NCBI GenBank assembly: GCA_964035575.1
Contig: OZ037843.1
Coordinates: 1,364,001-1,428,000, forward strand
DNA from: Rhynchopus sp. YZ270_cl-10
Taxonomy: Eukaryota
Length of the DNA stretch: 64,000 bases
Direction: 5' to 3'
A program made the translations under genes and the position numbers. The notes under the pieces were generated by a model, which worked only from the letters and a program-made list of their open reading frames with translations, did not search any database and was not told the DNA's origin. Of the stretch, positions 36,730-47,800 are shown piece by piece; within the stretch, counting starts at the first letter, position 1; each line of letters begins with the position of its first letter.

Positions 36730-37689
36730 ATTTGTTTTTGTGGGCTCATGAAGTGTGTATACAGTGGTCCTCTGTATCTGACACGCCCTGCAGCGTAGTG
36801 TGAGTGGCTCCGTGTCACTCCGCAGCACTGCAGTGTCCTGCTCTCAAGAGTTTGTAGTTCTTCTTGTTGATAGTGGCAAAGATGTGTGCACGAGAGCATT
36901 CATGTTGCGACCTTCGTGTATTGGTTGTGATATGGTTTGTGAAGTGGCTTTACAGCCACCACTCTGGAGTAAGAGCCACTAGGCATGCTGGTAACCTTCT
37001 CGAAGGACGCTTTTAAGTGCCTGAGGTCGAGGCTGCTGCTCTCCTTCTTAAACACAACCAGGGACACAAAGTGCCGCACCGCAACCACGAGCTGGGTATC
37101 CTCCTTGTCTTTCATCCCTTGCTGCAATTCTTCGCTACACGTTGTTTGTGGAAGCGCTTGTGCAGTGTTGCACGATCTGAACCCACCCTATTCAAACCCA
37201 AACCTTTGTATTTCAGTGTGATCTGGGGTTGAGGAAGCGTTCCAACTTTTCAACCTCATCCCGAATTTACCATTCGCGATTATTTACCCCCCCGTTTGTA
37301 GAATCAATGGAGAGTGCACGTTAAGATTTTCGATTTCAATCACTTGGGGCATTCTACCCCCTTTCGTATTTTTGCCCCATTTCACCCTTATTTTCCCAGG
37401 GGAAAAAACACCCCATATTTACTTGTTTTTAATGATTTTTACACAAAAGTGCGATGAATATTAACGCTCCGTCCCAAATTTTTGTCCACACATACGATAA
37501 AGTAATAGTTACTTCTAGTTGTCGGTCCGGTTAGATTGTTAGAGTTAACAATAATCTAATTATTAGAGAAAAGTTAGAGTTTTCAAATTTTAACCTTTAA
37601 CAATCGACTCTAACAATTTAACAATGCTCTAACAATTGGATTGTTAGAGAAAAGTTAGAGAAAAGTTAGAGTTTTGTTACACACCCGGT

Positions 37690-39483
37690 GGCTATTGCCT
37701 CCCGTAGAAAGGGACTCTCGAATTTTTTTTTTTGCCCTATATAGGCCTAATTTTGACGATTTGAGGCCATTAAAAGCAAAATTTGGCACTTTTGAGCATC
37801 TGTGGGGGTCTAAAACGCGGTTTTGCGCAGCCGATTTTTTCGTGGTTTTTCCCAAAGACAAGTCCATTTTTGACCAATTTTTCACAAAAAAAAAATTTTT
37901 TTTTTCGACATCACAAATCTGCCCTTGGTGGGCCTCACCCCCATATTGTCCTCAACACTGGGCAAAAATGCAAAAAGGCACTTACGAGCAGTTTTGAGCA
38001 TCTAGAATTTATTCCACGGCAATTTTTGTGTATGGGCCAGCGCCTTAGCGAAAAATTTGGGTCTTGGGGCACCAAACATGCAAAAACCCAAAATTTTGAT
38101 GTTTTGACCATCTGTGGGCACCTAAAACGCACTTCTCTGCCCAAAAAATGAATATCGGGAAGTAGCTATTCAGTAGTAGTGGGTTTGTCGTGCAGTGTAC
38201 CTGGAGAGTAGGCCGAGTGCAAGGTATGTTTTTAAACCCCCATTGTCCCGCTCGGATGTAAATTGAAGCTATTTTTTTTGTCAACAAAAATGTCACTTTT
38301 ACGTTTAAGGGGTACGGGGCGGCTTCTTGTTTGTTTGTTTGTTTTTTTTTTTGTTGTAGTCTCTACTTTTACATTCAATTTCTCTTAACAGGTACCCGAA
38401 CCGACGAGCCTCATCGTGACAGCGAAACAGTGCCGACGGTGCAATTATTTCAAACCCAGGTGGAGGCCGTAAAAGTCGGGTTTATAAACCTAACTTTTCC
38501 ATTAACCCACCCCATAGACCACCCTAATTATTATGAACCTCTTAGTCAGTCACTGCTATAGCCATTTAACCCAGGGAGCATAGCTAGTGCAAGAAATTCG
38601 ACTTCGGGATCCGGAAAGTCTGTCCTCTGCTTGCGGAGGACTGGGCACAAGAAAATATTGCGTTCCCCCAGAAACCAATTTTTGTCACAGTAATTTTTGC
38701 CCAGGGCATGCTCTTGAAGCATGGCGGCTTGGTGTGAGAAGGGGCAGTGTGTTGTTTTGTTCTAGATTTCAACGGTTGTTAGAACGAGTCAAGTGGATGC
38801 TTATCTAAACACTGACTTTAGTACAGACCCGAGAGATCACACATGACTTTGAGGAAAGAACAAAGCAATGCATCTGTACCCGCACGCCAGGTTGTAGTTA
38901 CTTCAGAATTTTCTTGAGTTTGCATGAACGAGGAGGGGGTGATTCATTCTTCGGGAACGCCTAGTATACCATGGAATGATCATCTCAAAAAAACAGTGGG
39001 GGCTGAATTCATATCCCTTAGAATTGCGAATTCAGCCTTTGCAGAAGGTACGTCTTACTTGTACTTGTACTTGTATGCCGTGTCACCCTTCTCAACCTTA
39101 CCGGTTCACAGCTCGCAAGAGCAATGTAACCCTTCTCGCTATTGCAAACTTAAGAATTTTCTGCTGTAACTTACCAAAATCGATTTTCTTTCACCCCAAA
39201 CACCCGCAACACCCCACCTGCTACTTCGGTAGCCTGTGTTGTTGGGAGTTGGTTCTCATGTTGATCCCCAGTGTTTTGCACTGCTTCTTCTGAGCCCAAC
39301 GCTGTTTGGCCTGTCGACGTAATAAATACGAAGACAGGGGGGCGGTGCCAACAATTTTCCAATGATGTAACGTTTATCTGATTGATTTATCGTTTGATAG
39401 ACCTTGCGTGTGCTACTTCACTGCACACCCAAGCAAGGTATTTTGAACGGTACTTTCAAGCGATACTTCGTTATGTCATTGGG
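37690..39483 (+). mobile_element. Transposase-less internal-deletion relative of hAT-2
   Basis: 37690-37870 and 38170-38230 match 50172-50345 and 50530-50600; 38242-39483 matches 55230-56363, nearly identical over ~38510-39400. Confidence 0.75.
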
Positions 39484-39489
39484 TGGGAG

Positions 39490-39623
39490 GAGGCACGGCA
39501 CTTTTGTGGAATTTTGTGGAATTTTGTGGAATTTTGTGGAATTTTGTGGAATTTCAAAAACTCGACTTCTACTTTTTCCCCTTATAAAAAATTCCACAAA
39601 ATTCCACAAAAGTGCCGTGCCTC
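39490..39623. mobile_element. Foldback/MITE-like element, 134 bp
   Basis: Perfect inverted arms GAGGCACGGCACTTTTGTGGAATTTTGTGGAATTTT / AAAATTCCACAAAATTCCACAAAAGTGCCGTGCCTC, with tandem TTTTGTGGAA units. Confidence 0.7.
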
Positions 39624-41361
39624 TTTCAAGAAAAAAAATTTTTTTTTCGACATCACAAAATTTTTCCCACAAAAAAAATTTTTTTTTTTTGCACATGTCT
39701 GCACCAAAAATGCAAATAAAGCCAGAATTTTGATGTTTTGAGCATCTAGAATTTATTCCACGGCTATTTTGTGTATAAAATACCCACCCTGTACAGTTTG
39801 TATGGGCCAGCGCCTTGTCAAAAAAAATCGAAAAATCTCAAAAAAAAAATTTTTTTTTTTTTTTTTCACAAGTGTTTTTGAGGCCTGCTCACTACACCCT
39901 AGGCACCCTTCTGAGACCAAAAAGTCAAAAAAAGCATGAATAATTCAATTGGGCTGTTTTGAGCATCTAGAGTTTATTCCCCAGCCATTTTCTGTACCGC
40001 CAGTGCACTTTGTATGGGCCAGCGCCTTGTCAAAAAATCGAAAAATCTCAAAAAAAAAATTTTTTTTTTTCGGGAAAATTTCGACCACTGAGGTGGGTCT
40101 TTGGGCACCAAAAAATGCAAAAAAAATGCAAAAATCGGGTGTTTTGACCATCTGTGGTTACACAAAACACACTTCTGTGTACAAGCCTACACCAATACAG
40201 TGGTAATACAAGGCGATTTTTGACCAAAAAAAAATTTTTTTTTTCGCCCAAAATCGGGCGTGGTACGTCATAAAATGGCCCAAAAAATCCAAGGAAAACC
40301 TTCGATTGGGCAAATTATGAAAAAAATTTTCAAGTCAAATTTTCAACCAAAATACGGTCATTTTGTTCACACAGTGATTCTACGTCATGCTAGCTTCCTG
40401 TGCAGAACTCCAGCAATTCACCAATGCCGGCATCTATCTTTCCATTATCGCCATTGCACTTCGTGTGTTACCAACGTGCTCAAGAAATGGCGTGCTGTCA
40501 CACTCCAACCAGAGTATCGAACCCGTACGTACATAACGGAGATCCACGAGCCCACCCAAAGGCGGAGGGTCTAGCCGAATGCGGACGAGCTAGCCCAATC
40601 CGGACGAGCGAGCCTCAATCTAGACGAGCGAGCCTCATAAAGCACACCAGCTCCAATCTGACGGGGAACTTCGAGCCTCTAAGCCCAGAGAAAGAACCTG
40701 GCCACCGGAGGGCCCTAACAGCCCGACGAGGAGGCGCCCCATAGGGCGCTGGGGCCAAGGGACTTAAGTCGCCCTAACGCTTCGCTAAGTACCTGGAAAA
40801 ATCCCTAAGGAAAAAAGTGGAAAAAAAGTGTCTCAAAATTGACATCTATTTTTTGACCTTTTTGCTGGGTAGGTTTGGGTCGGTCCGACCTGACCCTACT
40901 GAGTCGGTTTAAGTCGGATTGGTAGCCTTGTCCCCTATCATCTCCCCTCTTCCCCCTTTTAATACAAGGGCAGTCTCGTGACTATGTAACCTACAAAACC
41001 ACCATTTAAGCACCTCAGTATCATACCCCATCTAAGCCTCCCTCAACCCTCATCCACACAGATTCGCCTCCTTAAACCTGCAAACCTGCAAACCTGCAAA
41101 CCTGCAAACCTGCAAACCTTCTAACACCTCAGAGGGCAAGGCCCGCAAACCCTTATTCCAATGGAAGAATTTTTCAAAAATTCTCTATACTTCCTATGAC
41201 TGGACCCAACTCCCCTCACTATTTTTCCCTAAAAAAACGCAAAAAACGCCCAAAAAATTCTGCCAAAAATATCAAAAATATCAAAAATGCGCATTTTTGC
41301 CGTGCCTCCATCGTGAAAAAAAAAAAAAAAAAAAAAGACCGATCACTTTTTCCCAGATTCG

Positions 41362-44300
41362 CAGGGCGTTCGCTATCGCCCTCGGTTTTTCAGGATCGTG
41401 GCGAAATGCCAAAATCCCTGAAATTATGTTTTTTTACTAGTGCTTAAAATAGGTCAAAAAAAAAAATTTCCCGCCGGAGAAGCTAGTTCGTGGGGGTGAA
41501 TCCCTGATACTGATAGATGATAAAAAAAATGCGATTCGCGCGTGATCCCCCCACCCTTGCCCCCCCAAAACAAAGTGCTATCACAGCTGAACTTTTCTGT
41601 TACGAACAGCAGTAAAACGCCGGAGAATTTCTTCAATCTCCCCGTCACTGAGGGTGTCTCTGTGCTGTTTTATCAAACAGATGTACAAAAGAGAGTCATC
41701 CGTCATGTGAGACTTCAATCTTGTTTTGATTATTTTCAATAAACTAAAACGCCTCTCTGCCTCCACCGAGGTTGAAGGTAGCGTTGACACGAGCAGTGAT
41801 ACCTTCCGTAACAGGGGGAACGGGGCACCTTCAGCAGACTGCAGGAACTTGAGGAGGGAGCGGGAGTGCTGGGGTAACTTCCTCTCACGTAGTACGATCC
41901 GCAGACACCGCCATTCCAAAGCCAGGGCACCTTGTCCTCCGTCCAACACTGCGCGCCCAGTCCTCGCCCTCTCGGTGTATTCGGTTGAAGAGTACTGCGG
42001 ATAGGAGGTGTTATCAATCTTGTTGAACTGTTTGAAGTGGATATGAGTGCCCGAGCAGTAGCGCTTCTCTATCGCGCTGATCTGCTCTTCACCGTACGCC
42101 TGGTCCGCCGTCCAGTTCCGCACGTCGAAGACGGCGAACTGCGCGATCTCCTTGTTGTTGGAGAATCGCTGTTCCAGCGTCTTGATGACGGCGCCACAGT
42201 AAGGCGCCCCCACAGTTTCGTGGAACAAGGCAAGCGTGTTTGTTTTGTTCACTTGCTGGTGCGGAAACACGTCCTGGTACCGACCAGGGAACGTGTGGTA
42301 CGCGCCGTAGGCGCTTGCCGTGTCCTGCAGCATGCGGAACTTGGCAATCGTGCTCTGGATGTAAGCACAGGTCTCAAGGATGTTTAAGTCCTTGGCCTGT
42401 AAATCCATCGACAGCCCGTTGAGCAAGCCCAACATGGTGTCGAGCATCGCCACCATCCCGAAGAAGCTCCGGTCACTCAGTTGCTTCAAAAGTGACTGCT
42501 CTGTCGGTCCCAAGTGCTCCACTTTTTTGAGGTACGCAATCAGCACAGGGAGTTGGGAGTTGAGTGTGTGGACAGCGTTCCCCTGAGTCAACCAGCGGGT
42601 CTCGGTGGGGGCAGCCAGCTCGTCTTGGTTGATCACATCACTCAATTCCCTCAGCATCTCACGGAACCCTTCATGGTGTTTGTTGTGCGTGTACAAAAAT
42701 ACCCAGACAGAACGCAATAAGTTGAGAAAACGGTCGACACTTGGCACCTCCTTTGCAGCGTCACCGCATGCAAGGTTCAAGAGGTGGCAATGGCACCACA
42801 TCTCTATCGCCGACGGACCCCACCAGTACCGGAGCTGCTTTGCCAGACCTGCATGTTTGCCGAGCATGTTGGCTGCTCCATCCAACGCAACCCCGTCGAA
42901 CCAGACGTTGGGGTTATCTGACACCTCAGCGGCGTCGTGAAACCGCAAACCCAACTTGTCAACGATCTTGCGGATGTGGGTGGAATATCCCTGTGCCGAT
43001 CTGTCCCGGATCTCGCTCATGTCCACGAGTCGCTCCTGTGGTTCACTATCATGTACAAAGCGGAGAACGATGACACACTGTTCCTTCCGGGCCACATCCT
43101 TCGTCGAGTCCGCGATCAGGCCAACCCTTCCACTTGTCACTGCATCGGCGGCAATGCCCGACAACAACGTCTCCCCGATTGCCTTCATCCACTCAGTGAT
43201 GGATTGGGCAGAGAAGTAGTGCACATCACCCGCCAGCCACTCACGCATCCTCTTACACTGCAGCTCATCGACAAAAAAGGAGAGGTGTTTCAGCAGCTTG
43301 CTGACCGGAATGCCTATCTTGACGCAGTGAAATATGGTCTTCACCAGGGTGGTCATGTTCTCACGGGACTGACGAGCGGTCTCTTCTGCGTTCTTTGCCA
43401 TAAGAGTGGCGAGGCTGCCGCTGCTGAGGTGTCCTTCTTCTTGGGCGTGTCTCCCGAAGTCGCGCTTGAACTGCGTCGCGTTCGTGAACACGTATGCGCA
43501 GTTAGCGCAGAACACGCGACCGTCGGCCCACTTCAGCCAAGGCCACGTGGACTTGTGGCGCTCAAGCGTGGCCACGTTAACACCCATTACCTTGAGCTTG
43601 GGACTGGCGTCTTCTCCTCCTTCCTCCTCGTCTGACACAATGTCGATCACGACGGGGATGCGTGCTTCGGGCTCCGTCCCTCCGAAGTCATCCCCATCGT
43701 CCCACACGATGTCCGTGAGGGGAGGTGCCTCCACGCGGGCACGCTTCGTACCCTGTGACCGGGCCCTGCTGCTGCTCCTCTTCCCGGTTGTCGGTGTCAC
43801 GGCTGCTGCTGCTGCTGCAGGGGCTGTTGGTTGAGGGACTGGAGTGAGTGCTGCTGGTTGAACTGCTGCTGCTGCCGGGGCTGTTGGTTGAGGGACTGGA
43901 GTGAGTGCTGGTGGTGGAACTGCTGCTGGTTGAACTGCTGCTGCTGCCGGGGCTGTTGGTTGAGGGACTGGAGTGAGTGCTGCTGGTTGAACTGCTGCTG
44001 GTGCAGGGGCTGCTGGCTGCTGGTTGTTGTCGAAGTCGGTTGCGATGCGGCGGAGAGCGGAGAGCGTCAGGTAGTCCGGGCCTGAGGGGGGACCGAAGTC
44101 CAGGCCGCGCAGCACAAACTGTGCTTCTGCCTCCTTCCTCTTCCACCCCGCATAGTTGCGGTTAATGGTGGGTGCCCTCACCGCCCTTCCCCACAGGGTC
44201 TGCTGCTTTGGCCCCATTTTTATTAAAAGACTGTTGCGGGCAGGTTTGCGGATGATTTATTTAAAAAAATCGATTTTTTGGTCAAATCCCCTCTGGTGGT

Positions 44301-44813
44301 GAGGGGGTGGGTAGTGTGTGTGGGTGTGGGTGGCGCACATCTCTATAGTAAAGACTAAAAAACTAAGGTTTTTTAGGATTTTGAGTACAGTGGAAACAAG
44401 CAATACAAAAAGTAGGGTGGTGGGGAGGCATCTGTTTTTTTTTTGTTTTTTTTTTTTTTGAAAACTTGGTAGTGTAGCCACCCTAGAGTGTGCTCCACTA
44501 TTTTTTTTTTATTTTATTTTTTTTTTTAGGGTGAAAGTCAAATGTATACACATATACATTTGACTTATAGGCAGCACACAAGTAAAAAATCACCCCAAAA
44601 AACCCTGCCGACCCCCCCTCCGGGGGGGTCGGCAGAGTTCGCCCCCCCCTTTTTTTTTTTTTTTTTTTTTTCTTTTTTTTTTTTTTTTTATTTATTTTAT
44701 TAAGGGCTTCGCCCCGGTGGGGCGAAGCCCTGGGGCGAAATAAAAAGTAATTTTTTTAGAAAAAAATTAATTTAACGAAAAAAAATTTTTTTCGCCCCGT
44801 GGCGAACGCCCTG
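41362..44813 (-). mobile_element. Autonomous-looking hAT DNA transposon (hAT-1)
   Basis: Perfect 12-bp TIR CAGGGCGTTCGC at 41362 and its reverse complement ending at 44813, enclosing the transposase. No TSD is visible (flanks CAGATTCG / GTTTTCAC). Confidence 0.75.
41581..44217 (-). CDS. hAT-superfamily DDE transposase (ZNF862/KIAA1586-like), 878 aa, apparently intact
   Basis: Zn-finger-like WPWL..FCANC..H..H; catalytic D in LIADSTKD; second D in LDGAANM; CxxH (WCHCHLLNL); TRW motif; C-terminal hATC motif LPSTSVEAERRFSLLKIIKTRLKSHM. The N-terminus carries three Pro/Ala-rich repeats. Confidence 0.9.
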   Translation of the reverse strand: MGPKQQTLWGRAVRAPTINRNYAGWKRKEAEAQFVLRGLDFGPPSGPDYLTLSALRRIATDFDNNQQPAAPAPAAVQPAALTPVPQPTAPAAAAVQPAAVPPPALTPVPQPTAPAAAAVQPAALTPVPQPTAPAAAAAAVTPTTGKRSSSRARSQGTKRARVEAPPLTDIVWDDGDDFGGTEPEARIPVVIDIVSDEEEGGEDASPKLKVMGVNVATLERHKSTWPWLKWADGRVFCANCAYVFTNATQFKRDFGRHAQEEGHLSSGSLATLMAKNAEETARQSRENMTTLVKTIFHCVKIGIPVSKLLKHLSFFVDELQCKRMREWLAGDVHYFSAQSITEWMKAIGETLLSGIAADAVTSGRVGLIADSTKDVARKEQCVIVLRFVHDSEPQERLVDMSEIRDRSAQGYSTHIRKIVDKLGLRFHDAAEVSDNPNVWFDGVALDGAANMLGKHAGLAKQLRYWWGPSAIEMWCHCHLLNLACGDAAKEVPSVDRFLNLLRSVWVFLYTHNKHHEGFREMLRELSDVINQDELAAPTETRWLTQGNAVHTLNSQLPVLIAYLKKVEHLGPTEQSLLKQLSDRSFFGMVAMLDTMLGLLNGLSMDLQAKDLNILETCAYIQSTIAKFRMLQDTASAYGAYHTFPGRYQDVFPHQQVNKTNTLALFHETVGAPYCGAVIKTLEQRFSNNKEIAQFAVFDVRNWTADQAYGEEQISAIEKRYCSGTHIHFKQFNKIDNTSYPQYSSTEYTERARTGRAVLDGGQGALALEWRCLRIVLRERKLPQHSRSLLKFLQSAEGAPFPLLRKVSLLVSTLPSTSVEAERRFSLLKIIKTRLKSHMTDDSLLYICLIKQHRDTLSDGEIEEILRRFTAVRNRKVQL

Positions 44814-47800
44814 GTTTTCACCCTATGAAAAAAAAAAAAAAAAAAAAAAAAAACCCAGAAAAAAAAGGAGAGGCAGGGTGTCGCGCGCGCGAAGTGCGCC
44901 TTATCCCCTTCCTGGTATCATTGTGAAGAGCATATAGCGAGATGAAGTTTCAGACCGTGCCCACAATTCCCTCATCTTTGCACCATTTGACGGACAAAGA
45001 GTGAGAATAAGGGATCGGGAAAAATAAAAAAAGTAGCGTACCGTGCGCCTGCGGCGCAAAACTTATGAGCGGAATCCCACAGCCCTCTACCATAGTTTGG
45101 CTGTAAAAATGTTTGATTTTAAGTCACAATTTTTGAAATGTTGCGTACCGTGGCTTCGCCAAAAGTTTTGATATCATGACCGCCGTTTCTTCTTGTACTG
45201 AGGGAAGGTTTCATGGAAAAAACATGAGAAAAAGGGTTGGTTTGGTTCTTGATGTACATTACCATCCCACGTCATCACGTATTTACCTGAAATGAACGGA
45301 CCTTTTCGCGCGGAGCGCGAAAAAATTTTTTTGACCCTTTTTTGGACATATCTTCATATCTTCACGGTTTTGAAAAAAAAATTATTTTCATGAAGATAAG
45401 CGGAAACCCTGAGTAGTTCAGGCACTCCGCTAGGTACTAAAGTTCTGTTGATTGTCAACAGAACTTTTTGAAAATGGGGGAAAAAAGAAAAAAAAAACAA
45501 GTAATTGCTATCGGAAAAAAAACGGGGTGTGATGTGGAACTCCATCCTGTAGAAATAATCTACAACACGCCCAGCATTCTGCTCTTCTGCAGGTATGCTA
45601 ACGCTCTTCGTACGCTGCCAGACCCACTGGGACGCCAGCATCTGAAACGTTCAAGAAGAGGGGGCTGTCCTCTTCGTCCAGCACCATCTGCTCGATAGCG
45701 TTGTTGGACGTCGGCTTGGCAGGCTCGGCGTGTTCCAGCTCGTTTTTGTCCACAGGCTCCCCACATTGTCGTCGTCGTTGGAGCAGTGCGGAAGGAACAC
45801 AGAATGCACAGACTACAACACATCGATCACACCAGGCGCATCAGCACCTCCAGCAAATCGCCAGGATGCTACGGTGGTTTCGAAAAGCGCGCGGAGTTTT
45901 CCACAGCACACCCCGCTTTTTTCTTAGCAATTACTTGCCCTTGTTGTTATTGTTGTTTTCAACCACCTTCCTTCAACCCTTGTAGGGATCATTTGTTATT
46001 TTTTTCGCGAAAACATGAAATTACACATTTCAAGAGAACAAATTAAAAAGGGTCCTTATTTGCATTTTTGGGCTCCGCCCGTGCAGTGGTGGGGTCAATC
46101 TCGAAAATTGGACAATTTTTTGACCACTTAAATTTTGAGAAATATGAGTCCGGTTCCTTATACGTGGGGGCCATTTTCAGCTAAAATTTTCCTCAAAATC
46201 TGGTTTTGTAAAATTGACCCTTTACTCCCCCCCCACATCGATTTCAATACTATACCTTACTTCACCTACGGTTGCCCTTACAGGGGGGGTGAAGGAAGGT
46301 AAGTTGAAAAGTTCTGCTAAGTGGTTCAGACCCGTTCTACCTGTCAAAAAAGCTCAGGAGAAGAAGATATGGAGAGGTGAGTGCTTAAACGTCCCAAAAA
46401 AGTCAAAATCGGGCGTTGGTAAAAAAAAAAGTTGCGTACCGTGCGCCTGCGGCGCAAGCATGTACCCCACCAACGTGGACCATCAACAGAATATTTTCAA
46501 AATCGGAAATCCTAGCGGAGAGCCTGGAGTAGTTGTCAAAAAAAAAAATTTTTTTTTTTTTTGAAAAATTTTTTTTGGACAACTACTTTTCCAAGCCTGG
46601 AAAAAAAACCGATATTGACCGGACTGGACTGGACTGGACCTATATTCGCCGGACCCCCCTGTACCTAGTTGATCTCGTGGATTGGACAGAGCACTTGAGG
46701 GCTCGCCTGTCCGGGGAAGAGAGCTGGCGGTCTCTCGTAGGACAGAGTGCGGGATACTCAGGTGTCCTTCGTGTTTCTTTCTCGGGGCCGTGTGCACCCT
46801 TCGCTCCCTGGCTCATGAATATTAGTGTTGTTTTTTCTCTTACATAGTGCTCTTGTAGTCCTTTAGTGGATTGAGTGCTGGATGCTTGCTAACATCTCTT
46901 GTGGCTTTCTTACGATTTTTTCTGTTACGCTCGTCGTAGCGCTTTCTTGTGACGCTTCTCGGTTCCCTCTCTGGAACATGTATACATGTTTCTATTTGCT
47001 CTGTCAGTACACAGGCTAGCGGCGTGTCTGCTCTTACGTATCTCTTGTTCTTTGTCATAAAGCAGAAAAATATGCAAATGCAGCAAACTTTAAAAAACCC
47101 CTGCACCTGTGGTGTCATGGTTTCCCTTGTTTCGAGTGCGAAACGTTTCTCCATGTATTGCACGGGAAACAATGTGACAAACAGGTGCAGGGTGGTTCCG
47201 TGCTTATCATAGAACCTGGCACCTTGTGTGTCTCCCAAAAACCAAAAAAGCGTTGTGTGTGTAGTTTTGCACCCACTTCATTGAGAACAGATTTTCCTTC
47301 TCTTCGTCTATTTCTAGGCGTTTAGGAACAAAGGAACAAACGTATGACGTGGGTGGCGTACAAACTAAGAAACGGACCATCAGGAGGGTGTCTAAAAAGG
47401 TCAAAAACGGAAAAAATGGAAAAAAAGGTGAAAAAATTTGGGGTGTTTTTGACCAAAAAAAGAGTGAGGGGAGTTGGGTCCAGTCATAGGGGAGTATAGC
47501 AATTTTTAAAAAATTCTACCAAAAATGCACAGCATTTTTCAAGCACATTGGCAGATTTTCGCTTTTTTATAAAAAATTGAGGAACCGAAATATCCCACTG
47601 TAGCTGTCTTCGAAAACGGCCTCTGAGGTCGGAGCCCAAAATGGGCCCGTTCCTCCTGCGGGAAGTAGTGCGCACACTGTACATATCTCCGAAGATGAAC
47701 GGTTTCGGCTCGCAGAAACAAACTCAAATTACTTGCAGCTTGCGAGTCTCCGTGTTCTTGAAGGGTGGGGCGTAGAGGGAGAAGGCAGCGATCACATTGA

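Noticed and set aside
38395..38480. Hammerhead-ribozyme-like core (CCGACGAGC..GCGAAAC here; CTGACGA..CGAAG at ~55345)
   Set aside because: Neither copy has a complete CUGANGA/GAAA core and stem III cannot be drawn convincingly. An Infernal search with hammerhead models would be needed.
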